In this document: in pieces, positions 10,923 through 21,198 of the stretch
Numbering within the stretch: the stretch's first letter is position 1
Layout of the letters: the number at the start of each line of letters is the position of its first letter
Program-made: the position numbers and the translations under genes
Assembly: GCA_963785845.1 (NCBI GenBank)
Contig: CAWAWP010000003.1
Location: 738,862 to 802,861 of the forward strand
Length of the DNA: 64,000 nucleotides
Origin: an uncultured Chloroflexia bacterium
Lineage (GTDB): Bacteria; Chloroflexota; Ktedonobacteria; Ktedonobacterales; JADMIN01
Reading direction: 5' to 3'
The notes under the pieces: generated by a model
What the model saw: only the letters and a program-made list of their open reading frames with translations
Database searches by the model: none
What the model was told of the DNA's origin: nothing

Positions 10923-11321
10923 TCACTGCTCCGCGCCGACGGCTCGCGGGAAATGGCGAACTCCCTGGAAAGCGCCCGACGCGGCGATGTCTACGGCGAG
11001 CACGTCGATGCGGAACGCTCGGTCATCAGCCGCCGCGATCTCGGCGAGATAGGTCTGCGCGGCGGCGACGAGGCGGGCGCGTTTGGTAGGCGTGATCGCC
11101 TCCTCGGGCGCGCCATGCGTCGTGCCGCGCCGCGTCTTCACCTCGACGAAGACCAGTTCGCCCTCGTGCTCGGCGATTAAATCAAGCTCGCCGTAGGGGC
11201 AGCGCCAGTTACGTGCCACGATGCGGTAGCCGCGCGCCTCAAGCCAGTTTGCCGCGACACGCTCGCCGCTGGCGCCGAGTTGGCGCCGCGCGCCACTCCG
11301 CTCGTCTGGGGTCCGCGCCAT
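10923..11321 (-). CDS. yraN: YraN-family (UPF0102) endonuclease
   Basis: GERVAANWLEARGYRIVARNWRCPYGELDLIAE..LVFVEVKTR. Start at ATG 11321 (MARTPDE). Confidence 0.85.
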   Translation of the reverse strand: MARTPDERSGARRQLGASGERVAANWLEARGYRIVARNWRCPYGELDLIAEHEGELVFVEVKTRRGTTHGAPEEAITPTKRARLVAAAQTYLAEIAAADDRAFRIDVLAVDIAASGAFQGVRHFPRAVGAEQ

Positions 11322-11717
11322 GTTGCCGTCTCCTTGGGCGCTGCCACATCGTACAAGACTAGGTACGCGCGAGGGCATGGTCGGGTGGCAGAGAAGAGAC
11401 GGCCAAGGCAACCCTTCGCTAGAGCACGCGGCACGGTTGGCATAGCACTGGCGCCACGGGACCTGCGAATGGCCTGGTTGGTGGCGCGGCGGTTACTCCC
11501 TCCGCGTATGTGCGTCTTTGAGCGTGCGGCATGCGTTGTTGGACATCGGGCGGTAGGAGCGTCAGCGCCGGCGATCCGCTGGCGACGCGACATGCGATGC
11601 AACGGCTTCCGTAGTTGCCTACGAGGCTCAACAGTTCAGCATGCACTGTGTGCCTTACACAGCGAGCGACAGACATACGAACGCTAGAGATGTGCACAAG
11701 AAAGGCGATGTGGCGGC

Positions 11718-12464
11718 ATGACGGAGCAGCAGGGCGGCGGGCCTGGCGACGAGCGGCAGACACTCGTTTTCCTCCACGGCTCAGGAGATAGCGCGCGGGC
11801 ATGGAGCCAGGTGATCCCGCTCTTAGCCGATGACGGCGGCATGCGCTGTGTCGCGTTGGATCTTCCGGGACATGGGGCGCTGCTCGCGCGGCCTGGTCCG
11901 GCGGAGATGACGCTGGCCGACTACGCCGACGCCGTGCGCTCTGCGATTACGCGGGAGGCGCTCGGCCCGGTGGTGCTCGTGGGCCATTCGCTTGGCAGCG
12001 CGATCACACTGCGGCTGGCGCTGGAGCATCCCGCGCTGGTGCGCCGCATCGTCGTCGTCGGTGGGGGCGCGCGACTCCGCGTGCTGCCGTCGCTGCTGGA
12101 GGGGGCGAAGCATGCGACTTCGGAGACGTTGGAGCAGCTAGTGATCGGTGCCTTCGCGCCGGGGCACGAGCGCGAGGCCTTCACGTACGCCTCGCGGATG
12201 GCGCCGACGGCGCAAGGGATGCTTTACCGCGATCTGGCGGCCTGCGATGGTTTCGACATGATGGCTGACCTGGGGCGCATCGCTCAACCGGCGCTGATCC
12301 TCGTGGGAGAGATGGACACGCTCACGCCGCCCAAGTACGCGCGGTATCTCGCGGAGCATCTCGAGCAGGCGACGCTGCTGACGGTGCCGGCCGCGGGGCA
12401 TTATCTCCCCGCGGAGGCGCCGGAGACGGTCGCGCGAGCGATCCGCGAGTGGCTGGGGAGCTAA
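11718..12464 (+). CDS. Alpha/beta-fold hydrolase
   Basis: LVFLHGSGDS, nucleophile elbow VGHSLGS, and a late His (AAGHYLP). Confidence 0.85.
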   Translation: MTEQQGGGPGDERQTLVFLHGSGDSARAWSQVIPLLADDGGMRCVALDLPGHGALLARPGPAEMTLADYADAVRSAITREALGPVVLVGHSLGSAITLRLALEHPALVRRIVVVGGGARLRVLPSLLEGAKHATSETLEQLVIGAFAPGHEREAFTYASRMAPTAQGMLYRDLAACDGFDMMADLGRIAQPALILVGEMDTLTPPKYARYLAEHLEQATLLTVPAAGHYLPAEAPETVARAIREWLGS

Positions 12465-12657
12465 GTCAGAGCTGGTGTAATCGTCACCGAATGCTGGTAA
12501 ACAGCCGCTCGCGGTTGAACAGCGCGGCCATATTCGCAAGCCGATGCTGCCCGAGGAGCAGCACCACCGCCGCGACGCCAAAGGCCACACCGATCTCCGG
12601 CGTAACCGGCTTCTCACCTCGCGTGGAGAGGGGTGGGAGATCGCGTAGTGACGCCCA

Positions 12658-13968
12658 CTAGGAGAGGTCGGCGATGGCCCGTGAGAGTTGGGTGTCGTTG
12701 GCCTGAATCTGCGCGAGCGTGTACTGTTGCTGCTGCACCTGCAACGGGTCAATTGGCGTCTGGGTCGCGGGCAGAGCGACGGGCTGGTCTGGCACAAGAC
12801 CCTTATGGTAGATCGATTGGCCGTTCGGGAGCAGCCATTCGCCGGTGCCGAGGACCAGCGCGGAGCCGTCGGAGAGCAGGATCGTCTGGAGAACGGTGCC
12901 GGTACCGGCGGTGGTGGCGCCGATGACGTGGACCTCCGGTCGGTTGACCTTGATGGCGCCAGCGGTGATCTCGGCGGCACTGGCAGTGTTGTTATCCACC
13001 AAGATCGTCAGGGGAATCTTGGTCGCCAGACCGCCTGCGTTGACCGGGACGCTACTCTGGCTGTCGCGGGTCTTCTGGATCAGCACATACTTGCCCTTGC
13101 CGGCGGGGATGAACTCGCTGGAGACGCTCACTGCCTCGGCGAGCAACCCTCCGCCGTTGCCGCGCAGGTCGAGGATGATGCTGGTAGCGCCCTGTTTGAG
13201 CATCGACTTGATGTTCTTTTGCAGATCGGCGTCGGCGGTGTCGGTGAACTCGAGGATGTGGATATCGGCGATGTGCGTGCCGGGCAGCAGGATGCTCTCG
13301 ACAGAGGGAGCGGTAAAAGCGCCACGCTTCATCGAGACGTCCACTGGCGTCGTCTCGCCGACGTGAACCACGCTGAGTGTGACGGTGGTGCCGCTGGCGC
13401 CGCTGATCAGGTTGTGGAGATCGTCGAAGCTCTTCCCCTGGACGTCGGTGCCGTTGACGGCGAGAATCGTGTCACCGGCGCGGAGACCGCTATTCGCGGC
13501 GGGAGAGCCTGGGAAGATTTCGACGATCTTGAACGGCGCGCTGCCGCCGCCGGAGATCAGCACACCGATGCCGACTGTGGGTGTGTTGTTGAGGGAGTTG
13601 TTCTCTGCGGCAATCTCTTCGGGGGTATCAAAGCGGCTGTGCCCGGTGTCGTTGAGGGTCTGCACCATGGCGTTGATCGCGGCGTAGGCCATCTTCTTGT
13701 GGTCGATGGCGCCGGTGACGACGTAGTAGTTATCGATATCGCTCCATGCCTGGAGGATCAGTTGCTCGTTGCTGTTCGAGGCGTAGGCGCTGCGGTTGAC
13801 AAACGTGTTGCCGAACCAGCCCGCGGCGAACGAAACGGTGACGAGTAGCGCGGTGATGACCACCTGAGCGACGCCTTGCGTGGCCTTTTCCACCGGAGAG
13901 GCGCGAAACGGCGTCTCAGGGCGGTACGCACTGGAATCGGGGGACATGCCGTTCTCAAAGGGTGTCAT
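12658..13968 (-). CDS. S41-family C-terminal processing peptidase with PDZ domain
   Basis: N-terminal TM helix, PDZ region GSPAANSGLRAGDTILAVNG, catalytic region DLRGNGGGLL and NNTASAAEI. Confidence 0.9.
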   Translation of the reverse strand: MTPFENGMSPDSSAYRPETPFRASPVEKATQGVAQVVITALLVTVSFAAGWFGNTFVNRSAYASNSNEQLILQAWSDIDNYYVVTGAIDHKKMAYAAINAMVQTLNDTGHSRFDTPEEIAAENNSLNNTPTVGIGVLISGGGSAPFKIVEIFPGSPAANSGLRAGDTILAVNGTDVQGKSFDDLHNLISGASGTTVTLSVVHVGETTPVDVSMKRGAFTAPSVESILLPGTHIADIHILEFTDTADADLQKNIKSMLKQGATSIILDLRGNGGGLLAEAVSVSSEFIPAGKGKYVLIQKTRDSQSSVPVNAGGLATKIPLTILVDNNTASAAEITAGAIKVNRPEVHVIGATTAGTGTVLQTILLSDGSALVLGTGEWLLPNGQSIYHKGLVPDQPVALPATQTPIDPLQVQQQQYTLAQIQANDTQLSRAIADLS

Positions 13969-14305
13969 CCTGGCGGGCCTCTCGGTGTAGATCCTCGGTC
14001 TCGACGCTCGGCAGCGCTCAGCGGCGGCGCATATCGATAGGTACGCGCATGGGGGCGGTTCCGTTGTGGCGGCACTTGCATAGGGGACTAGTGGGGCAAG
14101 GGTGCATCGCGCGGCGGGCGCCCCGCGGGAGATGGTAGGCGCGCGGTGCGGGCAGCGTCAAGCGGCGTGCGGCTGCGGCTCACGTACTCGCCCCGCACGC
14201 CTGCGCGGCAATGCTCGCAGCGGCGCGGCACCGTGCGTGAAGTGTGGAGCGCGGCCAGGGCGAGTCTGTCTCGCCCCAGCCGGACGCGCGAAAGAGGTAC
14301 GCCGG

Positions 14306-16250
14306 CTAGCCCGCAGTATGGTCGGCGATGTAGACGCTGGGCCAGTTGATATCGGGCATGATCTCCAGCGCGTTGAGGCCGAACCCATGCACCCAGGAGC
14401 GCTGGAGCCAGAACCACTTGCCTTGCGCGTAGGGGATCCACGGCGAGAGATTGACGACATCTTGCTCGGCAGTGTTGTACTGCTGCATGCGGGCGTTTTG
14501 GTCGGTATTGACGTCGGCTTGATCCATCAGGTGATCGAGGTCGGTGTTGGAGAGCTTGGCAAAGTTGTCGGGCGCGCCCGTGTGGAATTGGAGCGTGAGC
14601 CAGTCCTGCGGGTCCGGGTAGTCGGCGAGCCAACCAGCGGCGAAGCCCGGGTACAGGCCATTTTGCACATTGGCGTAGTAGACGTCACCCCCGCCGCTGA
14701 ACCCATTCGCCTTGACGTTCAGCCCCAGCGCCAGAGTTCCAGTTGGCTACGGCGGCAGGGATGATCGCCGATCGCGTCTTGTTGCCAGCGTTGTACCAGA
14801 TGTCGATCTCCTGCGGCGAGGTCTTCGACACGTAAGGGCACCAATCGTCCGTGTTACCGTCGGCGGTGCAAGCTTTCTGCACTGCTTGCACTAGTGTCTG
14901 CGCCGCAGCCTGGTCGCCGGTCAGCGATTGCGTTTGATCGACCGGGATGAGCAAATTCGCATTGAAGCCCGGCATGCCACGCGGCACGATATGGTTGGTA
15001 GGATAGGCGCCGCCATGGGTGTAGGTGTCGACGAGAATTTGCTTGTTGAGCGCGAGGTCGAAGGCTTGCCTCAGTTGAAGGTTGTCGAACGGCGGCCCCT
15101 TGACGTCGAGGCCGATATACTCAAGCGAGAGCACCGGCACTTCGTTGAAGCCGTCCTGACTCTGCGCGGTCTGGTAGTCGGTGGTGGGTATCTCGGTGTA
15201 GCCGTACGCGGTGGCACTGGTGGAGTCTTGCGCGCGATAGCTCTTGTACTCTTCGTCCTGTGAGGCGACCAGTGGGCGATCCACCTCAGTCAGCGTGAGC
15301 GTCTTGTTCCACGCCTGTTCCCAGTACTTGTTCGGGACGAGGACGAGCTGCTGCCCCCCGCCATATGACTTGACCTGGAACGGGCCGGAGCAGCCGCCTT
15401 CATCCAAGTGATCGACCCAGAGACCGCCGGGATACTTCTTGATCAATGACTGCTCGACGGGATATGAGGTGGGATAGGTGAGCGCCTCGATGAAGTATGA
15501 GATCGGCTGACTCAGGCGAATCTTGAGGGTCTGCGCGTCGATGACGTCGAGCCCGTGATTGGGGTCATCACCCTGGCCGATCAGCGAGTGATCGTTGCCC
15601 CCATTGCCGGCGATGCGTTTGTCGGCGCCGAGGATGTAGTTGAGGTAGTTCTGAGCAACTGGTAGGCACGCGCCGGTGCCGGCGGCGGCGGTAGAGGTCT
15701 TGGGGGCGCTGCCGTAGGTCTGGGCATCGAGCGAGGTGCAGAGCGTGGGGTCGAGCGCGCGGTTGATGCTGTAGGCGAAGTCGTCGGCGGTCAGCGGCGT
15801 GCCGTCGCTAAAGTGGAGATTGGGGCGTAGATGGAAGGTGTACGCTTTCCCGTCGGACGAAACATCCCATCCCGTGGCGGCGTCGGGCACCACGGTGAGG
15901 TTGGGCCCATAGGTGACGAGGCCAGAGTAGAGCATGCTCGCGGTATTCGAGTCTGCGGCGAGCGAAAGCGCGGCGGGGTCGAGCGTGGCGTCGTGGCTCT
16001 TGTCGGCGACGCCGCCGATGCTTCCCGCGCCGCCGAGCGTGTAGGGAAAAACAAAAACCTGGCTCTTGGAGAGCGCTGCCTGTCCGCCGCTGTCGCTGGC
16101 GCACGCGGCAAGCGTGAGCGTCAGCAATACCAGCAGCGCCCCCACGATGCGCGCGGGCGAGACACGACGCAGCGAGGCGACGTCTGACCTGCTGGTTCGG
16201 TGCTCAGCATGTCGCGCGCGGTGAAGATCATCCATGTATCCCCTCGACAT
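14306..16250 (-). CDS. ABC transporter substrate-binding lipoprotein (family 5, peptide/nickel type) with an apparent frameshift near 14722-14735
   Basis: ORF 14685-16250 carries a lipobox (LTLTLAAC) and the SBP_bac_5-like body. ORF 14306-14668 supplies the C-terminus (GWLADYPDPQDW). A third frame reads LGLNVKANGFSGGGDVYYANVQNG and bridges the two after ..VANWNSG. Confidence 0.8.
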
Positions 16251-16739
16251 AGCTCTCCTCCAACCCCACTCTATTTTGGTCTGGTTCGCTCTCGTTTCAG
16301 AGGCGTCTCCGCGTGCGCTGCGCCGCCTGCCGAGGTGTCTCCAAACCGCGGGAAGCAGGCGGGCGGGCGTATGCGCCCAAAATCACCGGATATGCCAGGC
16401 GATTGTACGCATCGGCAGGTCTGCTGTCAAACGCCATGGGCCAAGCCGCAGGGTCTTTCAATTATCCAGTGAGGTGGATGCCGAGCAGGCGAAGGCTGTG
16501 GACGGCCGGGCGCTAGGCATAATGGCGGAGGGTAGCAGCGATAGTGGGCCAACGACGACGGTGGAGCGCTCCAGCATCACCCAAGACAGTAAACTCCCAA
16601 GCACAGCTAGGTACAGGCTTGATGTAGCTTGAGGTCCAACGGAGGCACCTCATGCCCGGAAAATCCGTCGAGGGCACGACAACTGCCTTCATTCGCCCGA
16701 ACTTAGCGGTGATGCGAGTCGGGCCGCACAAGCCAGGAC

Positions 16740-16768
16740 TTGACAGGAGGTGCATGGTCAGGTACACT
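16740..16768 (+). promoter_or_regulatory. Sigma-70-type promoter of the TetR operon
   Basis: TTGACA (16740-16745), a 17-nt spacer, then TACACT (16763-16768), 36-45 nt upstream of the TetR start codons. Confidence 0.55.
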
Positions 16769-16770
16769 CT

Positions 16771-16796
16771 TAACCATCGGTTGAACCATCGGTTAA
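16771..16796 (+). promoter_or_regulatory. Probable TetR operator: two tandem copies of the small palindrome AACCATCGGTT
   Basis: TAACCATCGGTTGAACCATCGGTTAA lies immediately downstream of the -10 box. Each 11-mer has inverted arms AACC/GGTT. Confidence 0.5.
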
Positions 16797-16812
16797 TAGA
16801 CAGGTGCACTGC

Positions 16813-17478
16813 ATGACGTTATCCCCTGAGCCGGCAGAACCATCCGAGACGCGAAGGAAACTACTTGAAGCTGCCCTCGGGCTCCTCGTACGCGATGGCT
16901 ACTTCCGCCTCAGTACGCGCGATATCGCTGCCGAGGCGGGGGTAAACCATGCCTTGGTGCATTACTACTTCGGCACCAAAGACCAGCTCGTAGTCGCCGC
17001 GCTCGACCAAGCGAACCGCGCGCTTGTAGTCCGCCAGGAGCGCATGTACAGCGCGCCAGGCGGTTTCGCGGAGAAGTGGGCGAAGGCGCGCGCCTTCTAT
17101 GAAGAAGACCTCGCCTCGGGCTTCGTGCGCGTGCAGATGGAATTGTGGGCCGCGAGCATCTCCAATCCACGGTTGCGCGCAGACGTAGTGCCACGCCTGT
17201 TGGAATGGCGGCGCGTGGTGCACGCGACGGTGCAGGAGGCACTCGCTGCCTATCACCTCGACCTGCCGGTTTCATCTGAGGTCCTCGCGACGTGGATCGT
17301 GGGCTTCTGGGCGGGGATGGAGTTCGCCATGCTGGCGGGCATGACAGATGAGCAAGGGCACTTCACGAAGGCGCTGGACGCCATGCAGCGTCTCTTGGAG
17401 CGGCTGGATCGGGAGGCGGGTCTCTCGCCGGCCGAGCAGGTCGATGCGCTAACCGAGCACTCGGGTTTCTCCTCGTGA
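16813..17478 (+). CDS. TetR/AcrR-family transcriptional regulator
   Basis: HTH region RRKLLEAALGLLVRDGYFRLSTRDIAAEAGVNHALVHYYFGTKDQL. ATG at 16813; GTG at 16804 is also possible. Confidence 0.9.
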   Translation: MTLSPEPAEPSETRRKLLEAALGLLVRDGYFRLSTRDIAAEAGVNHALVHYYFGTKDQLVVAALDQANRALVVRQERMYSAPGGFAEKWAKARAFYEEDLASGFVRVQMELWAASISNPRLRADVVPRLLEWRRVVHATVQEALAAYHLDLPVSSEVLATWIVGFWAGMEFAMLAGMTDEQGHFTKALDAMQRLLERLDREAGLSPAEQVDALTEHSGFSS

Positions 17479-17612
17479 GGGAGTGCATTCGCGGGGAGTG
17501 AAGCAACCACTTTCTCCTGAGGGCAGCAGAGAGCATAGGGGCTCTGGTGTGGGGACTCGGTACCGGTATTAGCCCGGCCGTGGCTGAAGACTGGGCGAAG
17601 GGAGGGTGTGGT

Positions 17613-19739
17613 ATGCGTGCGCGCAATCCTGATTATGTGGGCAGCGTCGGGCGCGGCGACGCCACGGTGCATTACGAGGTGTTCGGCGCGGGCGAGACGA
17701 CGGTGTTGTTCATGGCGCCGTGGTCGATCGTGTCTTCTCAGTCCTGGAGGGCCCAGGTGGCCGATCTAGCGCGCCACTACCGCGTCGTGACTTTTGACGG
17801 GCGTGGCAGCGGCCAGTCCAGCCGCCCCCAGGAGGCGGCTGCCTACACCGACAGCGAGCTCGCCGCGGACGCGCTGGCCGTCCTCGACGCCGTCGGCGCG
17901 GCAAGGGCGGCGCTCGTGGCGAACTCTCGAGGCGCCCGCTGGGCGTTGCTCCTGGCGGCGGAGCATCCCGAGCGGGTCACGCACGCCGTCTTCATAGCCC
18001 CGCAGCTGCCCTTGCCCATGCCGCCCGATCCGGAACCCAGCGTGCCTCCCGTCGGCCCGACGTTCTCCTTCATGCGCCCGCTCGACACCGAGGAGGGCTG
18101 GGCCAAGTTCAATCGTCACTACTGGCTCAAGGATTATCGCGGCTTCCTCGAATTCTTCTTTGCACAGGTGTTCAGCGAGCCGCATACCACCAAGCAGATC
18201 GAGGACTGCATCGAGTGGGGACTGGAGACGACTCCCGAGATCCTGATCGCCACCATCCTGGCACCCCACGCTGTGACCGCCGAAACGCTAGAGAGCTATG
18301 CACGGCGGGTGCGCTGTCCCGTACTCGTGATCCACGGCACCGACGATCGGGTGGTCGCGCACGCCGAGGGCGCCGCGTTTGCCAAGTTGGTCGGGGGTGC
18401 GCTCGCGACGATCGAGGGTGGCGGGCATGCCCCGCACGGCAGCGATCCGGTCAAGGTCAACCTGCTGCTACGTGACTTCATTGGGGCACCGCAGACGCCG
18501 CAGCCACGCCAGCTCGTATGGACGCGGGCACGCAACCGGAGGAGACGGGCACTCTACCTCTCGTCGCCGATTGGTCTTGGCCACGTGCGGCGCGACCTAG
18601 CCATCGCCGATCAGCTGCGCGCGCTCCACCCCGACCTCGAGATCGAGTGGCTGGTACAACAGCCCGTCACCCAGGTGCTGGAGGCGCGCGGCGAGCGCAT
18701 CCATCCCGCAAGCACCCAGCTCGCGAGCGAGGCTTGCCATCTGGAGAGCGAGTCGACCGAGCACAGGCTGCATATCTTTCAGAGCTTCCGGAGTATGGAC
18801 GACATCCAGCTCGCGAACTTCCTGTTATTCCGCGATGTGGTGGCAGCGACGCCCTACGACCTATGGATCGGCGATGAAGCCTGGGAACTCGACCACTTCC
18901 TGCACGAGAATCCTGAGGAGAAGCGGGCGCCCTATGCGTGGCTGACCGACTTCGTGGGTGTGCTGCCGATGCCGGACGGCGGGAGACGTGAAGCCTTCCT
19001 GGCCGCTGACCAAAACACGGAAATGTTAGAGCACATCTCGCGCTACCCATACATACGCGACCGGGCGATCTTCGTGGGCGATCCAGAAGATATCGTCCCG
19101 GACACGTTCGGTCCCGGATTGCCCCCAATTCGTACGTGGACTGAGCAGCACTACAGCTTCTCAGGCTACATTCCCGGCTTCGATCCCAAGGACGTTGCCG
19201 ACCGGACAGCCCTACGCGCGGAACTGGGCTACCGGCCGGATGAACAGGTCTGCATCGTGGCTGTGGGGGGGTCCGGCGTGGGGCACAACCTGCTGCGGCG
19301 GGTGATGGAGGCCTACCCTGGGGCCAAGCACCGCGTGCCGTCGCTGCGGATGCTCGTCGTCGCGGGGCCGCGCATCGACTCGGATGCGCTACCGCAGATA
19401 GAGGGGATCGAGGTCCGCACCTACGTGCCTGAGCTCTATCGCCACCTTGCCGCGTGCGACCTGGCGGTCGTGCAGGGCGGGTTGACCACCTGCATGGAGC
19501 TGACCGCCAATCAGCGCCCATTTCTCTACTTCCCCTTGAAGCAGCATTTCGAACAGCAGTTCCACGTCCGCTACCGCCTCACCTGCTATGGCGCGGGACG
19601 GTGCATGGACTATGACCACGCGTCGCCGGACGTCATCGCGGCGGCGATTGCCGCGGAGATCGGCCGCCGGGTCACCTATCGCGAGGTGGAGAGCGGAGGT
19701 GCGGCGCGGGCGGCGGCACGTATCGCCGAACTGTTGTAG
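17613..19739 (+). CDS. Fusion protein: N-terminal alpha/beta hydrolase + C-terminal GT-B (GT1/GT28-like) glycosyltransferase
   Basis: ATG 17613 is preceded by GGAGGG. Roughly the first 300 aa are hydrolase-like (VTFDGRGSGQS, late GGGHAP). From ..RRALYLSSPIGLGHVRRDLAIADQLR the sequence has the glycine-rich start of MGT/MurG-like glycosyltransferases and ends ..VVQGGLTTCMEL. Confidence 0.7.
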   Translation: MRARNPDYVGSVGRGDATVHYEVFGAGETTVLFMAPWSIVSSQSWRAQVADLARHYRVVTFDGRGSGQSSRPQEAAAYTDSELAADALAVLDAVGAARAALVANSRGARWALLLAAEHPERVTHAVFIAPQLPLPMPPDPEPSVPPVGPTFSFMRPLDTEEGWAKFNRHYWLKDYRGFLEFFFAQVFSEPHTTKQIEDCIEWGLETTPEILIATILAPHAVTAETLESYARRVRCPVLVIHGTDDRVVAHAEGAAFAKLVGGALATIEGGGHAPHGSDPVKVNLLLRDFIGAPQTPQPRQLVWTRARNRRRRALYLSSPIGLGHVRRDLAIADQLRALHPDLEIEWLVQQPVTQVLEARGERIHPASTQLASEACHLESESTEHRLHIFQSFRSMDDIQLANFLLFRDVVAATPYDLWIGDEAWELDHFLHENPEEKRAPYAWLTDFVGVLPMPDGGRREAFLAADQNTEMLEHISRYPYIRDRAIFVGDPEDIVPDTFGPGLPPIRTWTEQHYSFSGYIPGFDPKDVADRTALRAELGYRPDEQVCIVAVGGSGVGHNLLRRVMEAYPGAKHRVPSLRMLVVAGPRIDSDALPQIEGIEVRTYVPELYRHLAACDLAVVQGGLTTCMELTANQRPFLYFPLKQHFEQQFHVRYRLTCYGAGRCMDYDHASPDVIAAAIAAEIGRRVTYREVESGGAARAAARIAELL

Positions 19740-19820
19740 GGCGACATACAAGCAGTGAACAAACAGTGCATGACGTCGGACCTGCGACGGTCCCGCCGTG
19801 CCTCTTGAGGAGGACATTCC

Positions 19821-20621
19821 ATGGCAACGCAGCTCAAGCCGAGTCAAACCAATCAGTCGAGTGATAGCCCGCGGTCTGCCGCCCCGCGCATGTTTGCCCT
19901 GGCGTACGGCGCGATCTGCTATCTCATCTTCCTAGGCGCCACCGTTTATGCGATCGGGTTTGTCGAGAATATCGCTGCGCCGACGAGGCTTGATGCGGCG
20001 CCCTCCTCGCCGGTAAGGGTGGCGGTGGTCGTTGATGTCGCGCTCCTGGCGCTCTTTGCGGCGCAGCACAGCTTCATGGCGCGGCCTCGCTTCAAGCAGT
20101 GGTGGACGCGTGTGATGCCCCACGCCATTGAGCGCAGCACGTACGTGCTGCTCGCCAGCCTGGTGCTGCTGACGCTTTTCTGGCAGTGGCAGCCGATTGG
20201 CGGCGTCATCTGGCAAGTTGACAATAGCGTCGGGAAGGCCACGCTCGTCGCCGTTTCGCTGCTGGGGTGGCTGCTCGTGCTCGTCTCGACGTTCGCGACC
20301 AGTCACTTCGACCTGTTCGGGCTGCGCCAGGTGTACCTGACGTGGCGGCGCGCGGAGTATTCGGACCTGCCCTTTCGCATTACCCCGCTCTACCAGCTCG
20401 TGCGCCACCCAATGATGCTGGGTTTCCTTATCGCGTTCTGGGCCACGGCGCGCATGACAGTTGGCCACCTGCTCTTCGCCCTCGCCACCACCAGCTACAT
20501 CCTGCTGGCGGTGCGACTTCTGGAGGAGCGGGACCTGGTCCGTGCATTCGGCGAGACGTACACCGCGTACCGGCGGCGGGTGCCGATGCTCCTGCCGCTG
20601 CCCCGCTCGCGCACGCCGTAG
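19821..20621 (+). CDS. mddA: Membrane methyltransferase of the ICMT/MddA (methanethiol S-methyltransferase-like) family
   Basis: Multi-TM protein with LFAAQHSFMARPRFKQWWTR, SHFDLFGLRQ, LYQLVRHPMMLGFLIAFWA, EERDLVRAFGETYTAYRRRVPML. These match my recollection of MddA-family sequences. Confidence 0.7.
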   Translation: MATQLKPSQTNQSSDSPRSAAPRMFALAYGAICYLIFLGATVYAIGFVENIAAPTRLDAAPSSPVRVAVVVDVALLALFAAQHSFMARPRFKQWWTRVMPHAIERSTYVLLASLVLLTLFWQWQPIGGVIWQVDNSVGKATLVAVSLLGWLLVLVSTFATSHFDLFGLRQVYLTWRRAEYSDLPFRITPLYQLVRHPMMLGFLIAFWATARMTVGHLLFALATTSYILLAVRLLEERDLVRAFGETYTAYRRRVPMLLPLPRSRTP

Positions 20622-20811
20622 TTGCCTCGCTTGCTTCTCTTGGAATGCCGATAGATTCCCGCATCCGCACATAGGGGATACGCTCTAGACGAGTGGCTGG
20701 ATGAGCATCGCCGCACCACGGTCCGGGTCACGCAGACCGATGGCTTTGTCGACCACTTCCAGCGCATGGCCAAGGAGGAGGGCGTTGCACTCGCTACCCA
20801 GGAGGCGCTCT

Positions 20812-20844
20812 ATAAGTTCGTCATAAGTTCGTCATGAGTTCGTC
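20812..20844. repeat. 11-bp tandem repeat, 3 copies (ATAAGTTCGTC, third copy with 1 mismatch)
   Basis: Read directly from the sequence. It sits at the junction of two gene fragments and encodes the artificial C-terminus of the NUDIX fragment. Confidence 0.8.
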
Positions 20845-21018
20845 AAAGCCTGACAGACCGATCGTTTCGTTCGCAGGCGCTTCCTCAAGAGTCTGGCTAC
20901 CTTCTAGCAGGCCAGAAGACAATTCCCAGCGGACCTTGCCGGACCGCTCGCGCAGCACCATGAGCACGCGGCCATCGCGTATCACGAGCGTCCCCGCTCC
21001 AGCGCGCGACTCCGACAT
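20821..21018 (-). pseudogene. NUDIX hydrolase N-terminal fragment
   Basis: GAGTLVIRDGRVLMVLRERSGKVRWELSSGLLE is the start of a NUDIX fold. The NUDIX box is missing and the ORF ends in the 11-bp repeat. Confidence 0.55.
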
Positions 21019-21198
21019 CGGTTACTCCTCGACTAGTCGACCAGGCTGCCGAGAGGTCGACTCTAAGCATCCTAGCAGACGGATTGACCGCCCGCGAGAG
21101 GGCCTGTATACTGCCGCCACGCGTGCCTGCTTCTAAGCCTGCAACACTTTGGGCGCGGGTTCGCGCCTGATACGGCGGGCACTCGCGAGGAGAAGTCT

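Noticed and set aside
20687-20811. A plus-strand fragment ..EWLDEHRRTTVRVTQTDGFVDHFQRMAKEEGVALATQEALYKFV as a gene.
   Set aside because: It has no start codon and a stop codon immediately upstream, and I could not recognise a family. It is probably a short remnant, so I did not call it.
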